Shown piece by piece: positions 14,008 through 28,166 of a stretch of DNA of 64,000 nucleotides. The translations under genes were made by a program, and so were the position numbers. Each line of letters begins with the position of its first letter. Within the stretch, counting starts at the first letter, position 1. Source of the stretch: the human T2T-CHM13v2.0 reference genome, Homo sapiens. The stretch lies in NCBI RefSeq assembly GCF_009914755.1, contig NC_060931.1; one strand, given 5' to 3'. The notes below the pieces were generated by a model. It saw only the letters and a list, made by a program, of their open reading frames with translations, ran no database searches and was not told the origin of the DNA.

Positions 14008-14225
14008 TATGTTTTAGAGACAGATATTAAAATATTTGTAGATAAAATAATGCTTGAATTTGCTTCAAAATAATCCAGTGGGGGGAAGTATGAAGTGAGT
14101 GGGGCATATATGAAACAAGATTGCTTGTGGGTTGATGATCCTTATAGCTGGGTGTTAGATACATGTGGGTTCTTTGTATAGTTATTTCTACTTTTGTGTA
14201 TTTTTGAAGTTTATCCAAATAAAAG
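14008..14225 (+). mobile_element. Old L1M (ME/MD-type) 3' end
   Basis: GAATTTGCTTCAAAATAATCCAGTGGGG...TCTACTTTTGTGTATTTTTGAAGTTTATCCAAATAAAAG. Confidence 0.65.
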
Positions 14226-15219
14226 CGTAGGTTTTTCTTTAAGTCCCTAGACCTAGGATAAGTGGATAGAAACTGCTAAAATTGTTTCTTGGGTACTCTC
14301 ATTCTAATGAATTTTGCCTGCATTTGGTTTCTGCTTTATACGTATTTATACTCACAGCCAATAAGACTCAAATCATAGTTCATTCTGTTTTCATTTTCAC
14401 GAAGATGGACAGCTATCTTTCACAAAGCTGATGAATATTACACAAAGATTTTTTTGTTTTTGCTTTTCCTTTTACTTCTTTTTAATATTATAAAACCCTG
14501 GATATTATTGTTTTCTGTATAGCCTTCCCATTCAAATGTATAGGTAGAATATGTAGGGAATTTTCACCAATTATTGCGAACAATTTCCACATTTTAAAAG
14601 AGGGCCGACTCTTCCATTTCAATATGCCACAGATGCCAGCCCAAAACTAACTTGGCAATAATCCAGGCTGTTTCATAATAATGTCCTGTGACACTCTAAA
14701 GTTTACAGACCAGAAACTCAAGGTTCATTAGTGATCCAAGAAGGGGAATGTTTTTTTCTCCTTTAATGTGCTTACCATGTTAAATGAATGAAAATAAGAT
14801 GTGTAAAGTATTTAAAAGCATTTTACACAGAAGAGAAAAGCACTCAGACTTATTATGAGGTATTGAGATTATACCTAAATCCTAAAATTCTACTGTAGAA
14901 AACTTGAATTATGAATGAAATTTTCATTTGGAAAAATGTATGGTTTTTATTTTTTCAAAAACCATATAGCATAAAATGGAATTATTTGGTGGCTTTTCCC
15001 TAATTTCTTGATCAATGTATAGCAAGAAATACTTTTAAGCAGAAATGCATAATGAGGACACACACATAATAACTGAAAGAAATGAAAACATAAGCCTCCT
15101 ACACAGGAAAGTGTGGCAAAGTGCAGCTATCCAACGCATTAGGTAAATTATGTCTATCTGTCTGCCTAAGGGTTAGACAGTCCCTTCTGTCCCCTTAGTG
15201 TGGATATAACAAAAGATCC

Positions 15220-15538
15220 AGCCAGTCACGGTGGCTCACGCCTGTAATCCCAGCACTTTCGGAGGCCGAGGTGGGCAGATTAGTTGAGGTCAGGAGTTCG
15301 AGACCAGCCTGGCCAACATGGCAAAACCCTGTCTCTATTAAAAATAAACAAATTAGCCAGGCATGGTGGTGCGCACTTGCAGTCCTGTTGTATCTACTCT
15401 GGACGGTGAGGCCGGAGAATCGCTTGAGCCTAGGAGGCGGTGGTTGCACTGAACCGAGATTGCCCCACTGCACTCCAGTTTGGGACAATAGAGTGAGACT
15501 CTATCTCAAAAACAAAAACAAAGACAAACAAACAAACA
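15220..15538 (+). mobile_element. Alu (AluS)
   Basis: Full dimer; TSD AAAAGATCC at 15211-15219 and 15539-15547; small insertion in right arm. Confidence 0.95.
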
Positions 15539-15649
15539 AAAAGATCCTCTTTTTTGTGCCCCACTCTGGGTTCCCTTCACCAGTTTGTGTTCCTTCTTGC
15601 TTCAGAGCTCTTATAGAAAAGTTGTAGATAAATGCCTTTAATCAAAATT

Positions 15650-16640
15650 ATTTTTTTCTGTAGTTATTAAAATTTTGAACATTTTCCCATCTCTTTCACT
15701 ATCTGTTTCTGTGCCCATCACTGTCTCCCACCAAGTCTTAAGTAATTTGGTATGTATTTTTCCATAAGTTTCTTTATGCTTACATAATCATATACAAATG
15801 CATATGCAATCTTTCAATGACTGAATAATATTTCATGCTATGGATATAATCATGTTTTAAATCATTACCTTAATGATGTACATTTTCTTTGTTTTTAAAC
15901 TTTTAATATCATAAATAGTACTATAATCAATATTTTCCTATAATAGTGGATTTCTCACCATCTGTGTTTAATTTCAGTTTTTGATTTATATATTTGAAAG
16001 TTATGCTTTAGGAACGTAATGTCATACTTTTATAACTTTTTGTGCTTTTTCTTTTATTATTATATGATTGCTGACATCTGTTGCAGTATTCCAAAGTCTT
16101 CTGTCATTCTAATTATTGTTTCTTTTTAAGTGATCTATTTTTCTCTCTAGTTGATTTTAAGATTTTTCTTTTAAGCTCGATGCTCTGCAGTTATATTAGA
16201 AAATGTCCGGGAGTAGATCTGTTTTTATTTGCACATCTTTGACAATCAGAGAGTACATTCAACCTGACTCTTGCTTTTCCTCAGTTTAAGAATATTCTTA
16301 GTTATGTCTTCACACGTTGCTTCCCTGCTCCTTCTTTTTCTTCTGTAACACCTATTGGTAACATTTTGCAGCCTCATAATTTCTAATCCATTTCTTTTAT
16401 GTTTTTTAAATCTCTGTCTCTGTGTTCTATGAGTGAATGCTTCAATGCAGTCCTCTAGTTCACTAGTATCTCTCCATCCTGGAATCTTTCCCAGTTCTTA
16501 AGATTTCCATTTCCATAAGTCTATTGTTTTCATTTTCAAGATTTCTAACTTATTTTTATAGCTATTCAGTTCTCATTTCATTTATGCCTATTTTTTGTTA
16601 TATGACTTCTTACATTACATATATTGCCTACATAAAACAT
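15650..16640 (-). mobile_element. Very old L1M/HAL1-like fragments
   Basis: T-rich antisense L1-like strings (TGACTGAATAATATTTCATG; TTTTAAGATTTTTCTTTT). Confidence 0.4.
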
Positions 16641-17459
16641 TTTAAATTAGTATATGAGAAATAAAGGATAAACTTTTACCTCTAACTCTGATATGTGGAT
16701 GCAACACTGTATAAGAATGCCTCCCATGTACCTGGAGCCCACCTTCTAGCCTGTCCAACTCTTTAGAACACAGCCCTGAAATCCTCAGAAATCTGAATTT
16801 CCTTAGCAGTATGACACTTTTTATTCTTGGTTTTTCTACCAGAGTCATGGTTTAGTTCACTTTTCAAATATAAAATTTTCATCGGGGTTAAAAATTGGAA
16901 TATATCACATCAATTAAGCATTTTCAATTCAGTTAATAAAACTACAGTATTTCTTAAAATACTGTATGTTTTATGCTCATATACTAGAAAAGTTTGCTAG
17001 TATCCAGTTTATTCAAACGCAACATCACTAATGTTCAATTCTGTCTTATTGCAACATCACCTCATTTTTTAACCATTAAGATTTAATAATGGCACATGAC
17101 ATTTTTACTCATTAAACACAAATATCCCTTACTTTATTAGACTCAGATTAGGGCCCAAGTCCAAATAATAAGATTATTCTGCATCCCAAGAAGTGTAAGA
17201 GATTTTGAATCTAACCTTGACAATGTTCAGGCAATGAGGGCACAATTAAACAATAAGAATAGTGGAGTGATTTTGCTTTCTCAATGTTGAGAGGCTGTAG
17301 CTTAAGAAACCCACGTTAACTCAGGAGTTCCTGTGTATTATCTCACCATGCAGACGAAAAGACATTCAAGTCACTGTTTGTTTCCTCTTTTGTTTTGATT
17401 CCAAGAGTTTGTATTACCCTTTCTCGTGAGAGTGATGAGAAACAACACAGTTTGGGGAA

Positions 17460-17517
17460 TCTAGTCATTTTATCTCAAAAGCTTTTCATTTTCTAGTCAT
17501 TTTATCTCAAAAGCTTT
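17460..17517. repeat. 32-bp tandem duplication (about 1.8 copies)
   Basis: TCTAGTCATTTTATCTCAAAAGCTTT at 17460 and 17492. Confidence 0.9.
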
Positions 17518-18534
17518 CCAATGTCTTTGAAAGACATTAATTGAATTCTGAAGAGCAAAATAACTAGAACGGGATATTTCAGTGTTTGATCATTGCTCGA
17601 GTTACTAAACACTGGAAAAACTCAATTTCCTACTGTTTGCAGTGGTTATTGAAAGCTACAGCTTTCTTATACCTTTCCACAATCATTCTTGTGATTCAAA
17701 GGTTATATATAAAAAAGAATAAAAGTAGATGACAGAAGTTCATTTCTAACTTTTAGAGCTCATGGAGAAAGCCACTTTGAAAACCTAAAACTTAAATAAG
17801 CTTGTTAGAAAATGACACTCAACATAATGGAAGATTTTGTATGTAGTCAATCTCAAAGTAGTATTCAATGATCCTTGTACAGATTACTCAACTTTCAATT
17901 ACTGAGAGTTTACACAAAATTATACAAGCAACATAAAAGTACCTGTTTAAAAAATAATTTAGATCACGCAGATAATTTGATTAATAATTCGATCTGCTGA
18001 TTAGATGCCTCAAATCTCTCAATTTCCTAGAAATTTTGTGTTTTAAAAAAGGTAGAGAAATTAGAAGGGCTCCATACCATGACTAGTTACTGATTTAGTG
18101 TCCTATTTTTTACAATTAGTTCCTAAATTCACAGACTTCACTCTTGATTTTCAAAAAAGGCATTAATGAATGTCAATAGTAAGTATGTTAATAACAAAAT
18201 TAATATAGTTATAGTGCCTTTCATCTAGAAAAATGATTTATGTACAAAATGATATTGCACTGAAAAGGAGCAGCCTTCCTTTTCTTTAGTGGAAAGATTT
18301 CTGTTATTGATACTGTATGTTTACAACTAGGCTTCCTAAAGTTACTGATATAATGAGCCATGATTTTAATAATTATTAGGTGAATATAAGTGGTAATTAG
18401 ATACAGAAAAATTTATGAAGGTGGTACATGAATGACTAAGGTTTGAGAAACTCTGGTTTAAGGTATTTTTAAATAACAAAAGATGATTTCCATGGAGGAA
18501 GGAGAGACAAAAATAAGGCTTCAGTTGGCAATTA

Positions 18535-18862
18535 AAAGAGAATAAGGTTGTCATTTGCCACAACAGGTATGAACTTGGAGGACATTATTCTAAGTGAAAT
18601 AAACCAGGCAACAGAAAGACAAATATTGCATTATTTCACTTATACATGTAATCTAAACAAGTTAAACTCATAAAAGCAGAAATGGTGACTATATTTAATA
18701 ATACTCTATTGTATACTTTAAATTTACAAAAGGGTGGCTCTTAAGTGTTCTTATCTCACACACACAAAATGATTAACTAAGTATGTGAAGTAATGAATAT
18801 GTTAATTATCTTTATTTCAGTAATCATTTCACTATAAATATATCAAAGCTTCAAGTTTACAC
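18535..18862 (+). mobile_element. L1MA (MA8-10-like) 3' fragment
   Basis: GTCATTTGCCACAACAGGTATGAACTTGGAGGACATTATTCTAAGTGAAATAAACCAGGCA. Confidence 0.75.
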
Positions 18863-19813
18863 AAAACTCACTTTTCAAGCTACTGGATGATGGCAAAACT
18901 AAGTCCCAAATTCATTTGGAACACAGAGCAAGAAGCCTAGTTCACCTAGGGTCAAGACAGTTACGGCCTCAGCTTTCAATAAGAGTAACAGGACAGGAAA
19001 GAATGTTTGGACCAAGGGTAAAGTGTCCCAGAACCAGAGGCATGGACACCCCCAAATAGGTCAATGGAAGGTTGAAAGGGTTGGCTGAACACCAAAAAGG
19101 AGCTTCTAGGAATCATCAAGGAAAAAAAATTGCCTTTCCCCGGGATCTATAGACGATGTCAGGACTCAAGAGGAGGGCTTACCAGAGGTAGGGGCTGCAG
19201 ATGGCAGTCATCCCACCTCCACACCACATGCACGGCCCCACCACTATTATCGTGTAGAATTGCTGGCATATGGTGATAATATAAAGCAGACCAATTTTTA
19301 GTTGCTTTTACTAATTTCTGTTTTGTAAATTCTCTATATACTGTGGTCCCCCTGGGTGGAAGGCTGTCACCACCGCATTTGGTTACGCTCCTGCAGAATA
19401 TTTAGCGTGACTGTGGAACAGCAGGATAAGCGATCTCTAGGACTGGAGACATTTGGCCTCACATCTAGAAAGTCAATTAAAAAGGAAAGATTTCTTTGGA
19501 AGCCATCTCTATGGAGGTGTAATCTGAGTAATTTGTGCTTTCATTCAATACAGATAAACTAGAATGCCTTGTTTTCAGTAGGAGGACCAGAGGGATTCCT
19601 AGACAATAGCTGGTTGCAAGTATGAGGAAGAAAGAGCCAGAGAAATAAATAAGTAAGCACAATGAAAAAGGCAGATGGCCAAATTCAAAGAAGATATAGA
19701 AGGAAATAATGGAGCATTGGTTCAGTCTTTTATATTGTTCCCTGGATTTCGATTTGACATGCATCTTTCTATGCTTGATTTTGGAAAACAGTAGCAGAGG
19801 CTGCAGCATGCTA

Positions 19814-20285
<472 letters not shown>

Positions 20286-21469
20286 TTATACTGAAGGAAT
20301 TTTGTTCAGAAAACCCAAATGAGGTAAATACAGAAGGCCTAGTAGCCCATCTGAGAGCTCTTACCTCAGTATTTGAAAACTTCTTTGAGGGGAACAGCCA
20401 TGTCTTCCCTCAGAGATATCCTTCGGTGTCATGAGAGCATCATGGTGCTGACTACAGCATGGAGCTGAGCAGGTGAGGCAAAGTCCATGGTACTACATCA
20501 CATTTTTAATGATATAAAACAGTGTTCTAGGTAAAACTCTAAAAACCAAAGCTAATAAGCTATTCTATTCTCTATTCGTTATTTTATGTAAAGGATAATG
20601 CATGGCAATTATGTTTTTGCTTCCTTTAATTCCCTTTGCCTTACAAATAAATCATTTGTGTTGTGGTGGAGGTAGGGGAGATGGTTTAAATTGGTGAAGA
20701 ATCAAGGGAGAAGTGAATAATAACTATTGCAACTTTTTCATTTATAGAAATTTTCAGTGTTCCCATTGATTAACAACTTAAGTGGCTATCCAAGCATCCT
20801 ATATATATTTCTACCTTCGTAAACATTCACTTCTTTTAGAGATAACATTTATTTTCCTTTGTTGGCAGTTGTCTGAAGTATTCATTTACTTTCCCGGCAA
20901 TCATTTGCTGTTTTCTCTGAAGCTTTGCTAACTGAAAAAGTGAAATGATCTTCAAATTACAACTTGCATCAACGTCATGGGGCATTGGAAAGTAAAAACA
21001 CACAAAAATCTTTTGTTGTCCTTTCTTGAGAGACAGTAATCCTAAACTCAAGTGATGTTTTTCTCTTTTACTCCATAGCCAGGAGACGCTTAAGCACTTT
21101 ACAGGCAGCCTTCTCATTCTCTTAATCCCATAATATTCCTTGGATTCTTAGCTGCTTTGACTTTTAATTCTTTTAATCTAGTGTTAGGGCTTTTGATACC
21201 TATTCCTGTCTTCCACACGAATAGGTGCCAGGACAGCCAGGGAAATAGAAAACTGGCAAACCTTTCCTTTCATATCATTAGGCCTGGGTGGGAGGAAGGC
21301 AGCCACATAATTTCCCTCTTCTTGGAAGGATATAATTACAAATGTAAACCATCCTTCAATTAGAGTAAGGCTGCACTGAAATAATACCAGTGTCTCTAGT
21401 TAATTCAGGGAAACTATCCACCAAGCCCCATATGCCTGACACTTGGAGACTCCATTTTTCAATTCTCAT

Positions 21470-21783
21470 TTGCTGTAGAAACCCCTTATGTAAATTATTA
21501 TTAAAAGCTGCTGAAACTGTGGGATTTAAAGATGTCATGATCTTCCATTTGAGAATAATAAGCAAAAGGTCCAGGAAGCAAATTGAAAATCCTCCTGAGA
21601 CATTCCAGCACACTGGGCTCTACTACTACAAATATACTCCCTTTGGAGGTAGTAAGTCTCCTATTTCAGGAATTACCCAAGCACAATTTTGGATATTGAA
21701 AACATCAGGTAAGACCTGGGTTATTATATGAGTTTCAAGGGCTGCTGTAACAAACTACCCAAATCGGGTGGCTTAAAACAACA
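21470..21783 (+). repeat. Donor copy of ~315-bp local direct duplication
   Basis: Aligns end to end with 24832-25146, about 20 differences by manual count; includes first ~60 bp of the MLT1C. Confidence 0.95.
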
Positions 21784-22173
21784 AAAATTTATTCTCCCAG
21801 TTCTGGAGGCCGGAAGTCTGCAACCAAGGTGTCAGCAGGCCTGTGCTTCCTCTGATATCTGGGTGGAATCCTTCCTTGTTTCTTCCTAGCTTCTGATGGT
21901 TAAATCCATGGTGTTCCATGACTTGCAGCTGGATCACTCCAATCTCTGCCTCTGTCATCACATGGCGTTCTCCCTGTGTGTCTGTGTCTGTGTCTCTTCT
22001 TTTCTTATAAGGACGCCAGTCAGATTACATTAGGGCTCACTCTAATGCAGTATGACCTCATCTTAACTTGATTACCTATACAAAGACTCTATTTCCAATT
22101 ACGGCTACATTCACAGGTACTGAGGCTTAGGACTTCAACATATCCTTTTGGGGACACAAATCAACCCATAACA
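21725..22173 (-). mobile_element. MLT1C-like MaLR solo LTR
   Basis: GCTGCTGTAACAAACTACCC...GGACACAAATCAACCCATAACA; 5-bp TSD GTTAT at 21720-21724 and 22174-22178. Confidence 0.9.
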
Positions 22174-22452
22174 GTTATATTACAGCTAATATCCCTGTGG
22201 ATACTAAGATTTCGTAATTCTCACATTTGGGTAAAATGGTTTCATGTACTTTAAATGGATGCTTGAGTATGATATTCCTAGTCTTATTATTAGGAGGAGG
22301 TATGGTAGAAGGTTTTAAAGAATGAGGGCAATGAGGGTTATGTTCTCAGATCTTAGACTAAAGATAAATCTCTTAAAATTACCAAGTGTTTAGCTTACAA
22401 CAGTGAAGCTTACTCTTTGAAAGTACTTTCTATGTCATAGAAAGTGAATTAG

Positions 22453-22740
22453 CGCCTGTAATTCCAGCACTTTGGGAGGCCGGGGCGGGTGGATCACCTG
22501 AGGTCAGGAGGTCGAGACCAGCCTGGCCATCATGGTGAAACCGTGTCTCTACTCAAAATATAAAAAATTAGCTGGCTATGGTGGTGGGCACCTGTAATCC
22601 CAGCTACTTGGGAGGCTGAGGGAGGAGAATCACTTGAACCTGGGAGGCAGAAGTTTCAGTGAGCCGAGATCACACCATTACACTCCAGCCTGGGTGACAA
22701 GAGCAAGACCCCATCTCAAAAAAAAAAAAAAAAAAAAAAA
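22453..22740 (+). mobile_element. Alu (AluS), slightly 5'-truncated
   Basis: Starts at CGCCTGTAAT; long polyA; TSD-like AAAGTGAATTAG/AAAGGAAATTAG. Confidence 0.95.
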
Positions 22741-22784
22741 GGAAATTAGACTTCTGCCAAAAGGGCCTGTAACACAAAATAATT

Positions 22785-23330
22785 TTTCATTCAACAAACA
22801 TGAATTGGGCGCATACTCTGTGTCAGGCACTGCACTGGATGCTAGGGATGCAAAGACAAATAAAAAATGTTTTTCACTTGATCTAGTGGGAGAAAAAGGC
22901 TTGCAAGCAAGAAAGTTACTACACAATGGGAGATATGCCAAAATAAAATGTTATGCAAAGGGATATGAGACCACAGTAAAGAAAGGGGTGTCTTGGAGGT
23001 AATATTTGATGTGAGATATGTACAATTTTATGTGGCAGACAATGCAGAGTGTGTCAGGCACAGAGAACAGCCAATGCTGGGCATGGACATATTAAAGGTC
23101 AGGTAATATGACCACAACAGAGACGAATGGAAGAAACAACCTGATGTAAAGTTGACAAATGACAGTCAAATCATAAAGGCCTTATATGTCTGTCTAAGGC
23201 ATATGGAATCAATTTCATGGGTCATGGAAAGCCTTTAAAATACTCAAAACCAAGGAAAGCCATAAGCCTACTCTACCATCTATCATTCTGCTCTAATCTA
23301 CCGTCCTATATTTGGGTGGTAGAAATGAAA
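22785..23330 (-). mobile_element. L2 LINE 3' region
   Basis: TTCATTCAACAAACATGAATTGGGCGCATACTCTGTGTCAGGCACTG antisense L2 tail. Confidence 0.7.
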
Positions 23331-23337
23331 AGACTTG

Positions 23338-23718
<381 letters not shown>

Positions 23719-24082
23719 TCATCACAAAGGGATAAGAAATCAAAAAGGACTTGAATTTTCACTAGGGCAAGAAAATGAGTTTATTTAAGGAGAATAGGTG
23801 GGAAAAGGAGAATAAGAGGTCAAGGGGAGATCAAATATAAACTCCAGCTCAGGTGAAAAACAATAAAGAAAGGAATTAGAAACATGTATCAAATGAGAGC
23901 TAAGTAATAGTATAATCACTATCAAAGAATTCTAGTTATTTATTAGTAAAGTTTCAAATTCTGTGCCTTTCTGTGTCATTCACAGGAAAAGTATATTGTA
24001 CACACCACTTCAAAAGTATACCAACTGAATTTCAGTCATTATTTTTCACTGTTTAGGTTCAGCCCATGATGGCGTGTATGCA

Positions 24083-25435
24083 CAGTCATGTGTCATTTAA
24101 TGTAGGGAGCTATTCTAAGACATGCATCATTAAACAATTTTGTTGTTGTGTGAACATCATAGAGTTTACTTACACAAACTTAGGTGGGATAGCCTACTAC
24201 AAACCTAGGCTATTTGGTATAGTCTATTGCTCCTAAGCTAAAAAACTGTACAGTATGTTACTGTACTGAATTCTATAGGCAATTGTAACGCAATGGTAAA
24301 TATTTGTGTATCTACACATACCTAAATGTTGAAAAAGTACAGTAAAAATACAGTATAAATGATAAAAATGTTACATCTGTATAGTGCACTTACCATGAAT
24401 GGAGCTTACAGGACTAGAAGTTGTTCTGGGTGAGTCAGTGAGTGAGTGGTGAGTGAATGTGAAGGCTTAGGATATAACTGTACAGCACCTTAGACTTTAT
24501 AACACTGTAAACTTAGGCTACATTAAATTTATAACAACGTTTCTTTCTTCAATAATAAATTAAACTTAGCTGACTGTGACTTTTTTACTTTATAAACTTA
24601 AATTTTTAAAGACTTTTTGACTATTTTGTAATAACACTTAGCTCAAAACAAAAACACATTGTACAACTGTACAAAATATTTTCTTTCTTTACGTCCTTAT
24701 TCTACAAACTTTTCTCTGTCTTAATTTTTATAACTTTTTAACTTTTTTATTCAAAACTAAGAAACATGCACATTAGCCTAGGCCTACTCAGAGTCAGGAT
24801 CATCAATACCACTGTCTTCCGCCTCCACATCTTGCTGTAGAAACACCCTCATGTAAATTATTATTAAAAGCTGCTGAAACTGTGGGATTTAAAGATGTCA
24901 CGATCTTCTGTTTGAGAATAATAAACAAAAGGTCCAGGAAGCAAATTGAAAATCCTCCTGAGACATTCCAGCACATTGGGCTCTACTACTACTGAATATA
25001 CTCCCTTTGGAAGTAGTAAGTCTCCTATTTCAGGAATTACCAAGCACAATTTTGGATATTGAAAACATCAAGTAACACCTGGGTTATTATACGAGTTTCA
25101 AGGGCTGTTGTAACAAACTATCCAAACTAGGTGGCTTGAAACAACATCTTGAGCCACTGGAAGGTCTTCGGGGCAATAGCGATAACAGGCATGGAGTTGT
25201 CATCTACTATGGTAATAATGCTTTCTTCAGGAATACCTTCTGAAAGACCTGCCTGAGGCTGTTTTACAGATAACTTTTTTTAATAAGTAGAAGGAATACA
25301 TTCTAAATTATAGATTAAAAGTATAATATACTAAGTACCTAAACCAACTAACATATTTATTATCATGATCAAATATTATATACTGTACATAATTGTGCTA
25401 TATATTTTATACAAGTGGCAGTACAGTAGGTTTGT
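24083..25435 (+). mobile_element. Tigger3b/MER7B DNA transposon interrupted by a templated insertion
   Basis: TIR CAGTCATG; TGGGTGAGTCAGTGAGTGAGTGGTGAGTGAATGTGAAGG; sequence continues across 24834/25152 (CCACATCTTG..CCACTGGAAGGTCTTC). Confidence 0.85.
24832..25146 (+). repeat. Inserted copy of 21470-21783
   Basis: Flanked by ACATCTTG at 24827-24834 and 25144-25151. Confidence 0.95.
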
Positions 25436-25560
25436 GTGTGCGTTTATATATCTGTGCATGTGTATATATGTGTATATGTATGCATATATATAGGGGTGTG
25501 TGTGTGTGTGTGTATGTATATGATTACCCTTGTTATATCAGGTGCTTATATGTATATATA
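25433..25560. repeat. (TG)n/(TA)n microsatellite region
   Basis: Direct inspection. Confidence 0.85.
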
Positions 25561-25579
25561 ATCTCATAATGTGATTACC

Positions 25580-25891
25580 CTTGCGATCTGATCAGGTTCA
25601 GGTGCCAAGGACTCAACCTTTGATGTATGTCTTTGGCCTATCTTAGCAAGAATCATGTCATGTTGGATTTGTTTAGCAAGAATTCCTCTACCCTTTATGC
25701 TCCTCTTACTACTTTCTTATCCACTATACTCTTCGCTTTGCTCATTGGTTATAAATCTCCAACTTTTTTTGCTGTTGGAGAGTTCAGAGTTTAGCTCTAT
25801 CTCCTGTTTCAACAGAGTTGATCACAAGTGCATTAATCTAGAATGAAGTCTTCCTTACCATTTTAACAAGTGTCAGAATAATTTTTTAAAC
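25580..25891 (+). mobile_element. MER31-like ERV1 LTR 3' portion
   Basis: TTTAGCAAGAATTCCTCTACCCTT...GTCTTCCTTACCATTTTAACAAGTGTCAGAATAATTTTTTAAACA. Confidence 0.65.
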
Positions 25892-26699
25892 ACCAAGCCT
25901 ACCAAGATATTACCAAAATCTTGTGGAGGACATTGGACTTTTCACAAGTTGTGAATAAGGGATGGACACATTTTTCGTAGTATAAATCCTATGCAATAAA
26001 TTCTAAATTCAATTGGTGAAATGCAAGAGGAAAAATAATAAAAATGAATCTTTTTTGTCTTATAAGAAAAAAAATACAAACACAGATTGTTGGTTAGAAA
26101 TGAATTTTAGAGATAGCCAGCCATAATTCCCTCATCTTAAATTAATTAAGGCCCAGAAAACAAGCTGACTGGTAAATGATAGAGTCAGAGTGAGAGTGAA
26201 TCTAGCCTCAAATGCATTTATCTTTCCACCATTCTCACTACCTTCCTATTAATTGTTCCAGAAAAATTTCATTTGAATTATTCTCTCATAAATGAACAAG
26301 ATTGAATTATTTAACAATAAGGCCTGATTCTTACACTTGCTTAAATGAACCACAATACTTAGCACTGTGCTGAACCCATAAGGAATCTTAGCAAAAATTC
26401 AGTAAATTGATTTTCAATTCTGCCATCTACCTGTACTAACTCTGACAGGTCCAGAATAAATGGTAAACTGACTGCTGAAATTATTGGTAAATCATTGTTT
26501 TCTGTTCCTGACAACATTACCGAATCCTCTAAGATGAAAGAAAAATAGAATGAGATTAGGGAACAAATGATGAATCTGCAAAATACTTTTGTCATTCAGG
26601 CATATGAAATTAAAAAAAAAAACTTGTAGATTGTGATTCTAGAGTTGTTAGGCTTATCTACTTAACTCATGTGACTTCCAAGGAAACGACCACATTATT

Positions 26700-27217
26700 A
26701 CTTGCAGAAGGGTCAGTGGCATTGCGTGGGAGGGCCATCTGTCTTTCCTTTTCTAGTTACCAATGATTGAACCAAAGCTAAAGAAACCAAGTTGTAGTCT
26801 GGCAAGGAACCTATATTACCTATAAGCTAGGTCAAAAACTGAAAAGATAAGCTGGGTCAATCAGATAATTACTCCTGCAAATCTGGACTAAAAACAAATG
26901 AAATAAACTGCCAATTACTAGCAGAGGCAGAAGCAAAAGGGTACATTGAAAGATATCATATGATATTGTAATCATAACGTGGTAAGTCAAAAATACATGC
27001 AAATAGAAGTTATATGGAGCAAAAATTATGAATGAGCAGTGGAAGCAGATTGGTAGAGAACGAAGCAGGAGTTTGGAAACCCATTTCTCGAGTTGTCTTC
27101 ATCCCTGATGACTCCTCAGTGAACTTTCCATTCACACATAGCTTTATTGGTAACTCCTTTTGCTTGAGCTAGCTTGAGTCGGACTCTTCTTTGCAATGAA
27201 CAAACCTGGCTGAGACA
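26700..27217 (+). mobile_element. Old ERVL LTR (LTR16/LTR33 class)
   Basis: 3' end CCTTTTGCTTGAGCTAGCTTGAGTCGG...TTTGCAATGAACAAACCTGGCTGAGACA. Confidence 0.4.
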
Positions 27218-27219
27218 AG

Positions 27220-27411
27220 CACTAAGAATGCACTCTACAAGGCCTTTTAGACATTGCCTCTTTTAACCATCTCAACAAACTTGCAAGTTAGTTATAATCA
27301 CCACCAGCTTAGAAAATGGAGATAAAACAAGCTTAAGAAATTTGTTCAGATTTACATAACTACTGGGTGTTATGGGTGAAAACAAAACTCAGGACTGCCT
27401 GGCTCCAAAGT
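27220..27411 (-). mobile_element. MIR (host of THE1)
   Basis: AAAACTCAGGACTGCCTGGCTCCAAAG antisense MIR; continues after 27795. Confidence 0.6.
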
Positions 27412-27790
27412 TGTCTCGTCCGTTCTCATGCTGCTAATAAAGACATACCTGAGGCTGGGTAATTTATAAAGAAAAAGAGGTTTAATGGATTTACAGTTCC
27501 ACATGGCCGGGGAGGCCTCATAATCATGGAGGAAGATGAAGGAAGAGCAAAGGGACTTCTTACATGGCAGTGGGCAAGAAAGAATGAAAGAAAGAGAGCC
27601 AAGTGAAAGGGGAGACCCCTTGTAAAATCATCAGCTCTCGTGAGACTTATTCACTACCATGAGAACAGTATGGGGGAAACCGCCCTGATGATTCAATTAT
27701 CTCCCACTGGGTCCCTCCCACAACACGTGGGAACTATGGGAGTTGTAATTCAAGATGAGATTTGGGTGGGGACACAGCCAAACCATATCA
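27412..27790 (-). mobile_element. THE1 (THE1C-like) MaLR solo LTR
   Basis: TGCTGCTAATAAAGACATACC...CAGCCAAACCATATCA; 5-bp TSD AAAGT at 27407-27411 and 27791-27795. Confidence 0.95.
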
Positions 27791-27931
27791 AAAGTGCTAA
27801 AGCTCTTTTGTGCTATATTATCTTATTTTTAAAAAGGTAGGTACAAAAGCAAAACAATTATTTTAAAACCTTCTTTGCTCAAATGCCATTGTGTTCCATG
27901 TATGCCAAAGTATTGCATCTAGGAGGGTTTT

Positions 27932-28166
27932 TGTTGTTGTTGTTGTTTAATTTAATTTAATTTAATTTTAAGTTCCGGAATACCTGTGCCAGATGTGCAG
28001 GTTTGTTACATAGGTAAACGTATACCATGGTGGTTTGCTGCACCTATCAACCTATCACCTAGGTATTAAGCCCAGCAGGCATTAGCCATTCACCCTGATG
28101 CTCTGCTTCCCTCCACACTCCTGACAGGCCCCAGTGTATGTTTTTCCCCTCCTTGTGTCCATATGT
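27932..28166 (-). mobile_element. 5'-truncated L1PA (PA10-13-like) 3' end
   Basis: GTGCAGGTTTGTTACATAGGTAAACG...TGGTTTGCTGCACCTATCAACC; TSD AGGGTTTT at 27924 and 28167. Confidence 0.9.

Noticed and set aside
15195-15627. Alu-derived ORFs (also 3693-4183, 22634-23788, 30699-30965, 54710-55116, 56125-56575, 57209-57412)
   Set aside because: Standard Alu frame translations, not genes
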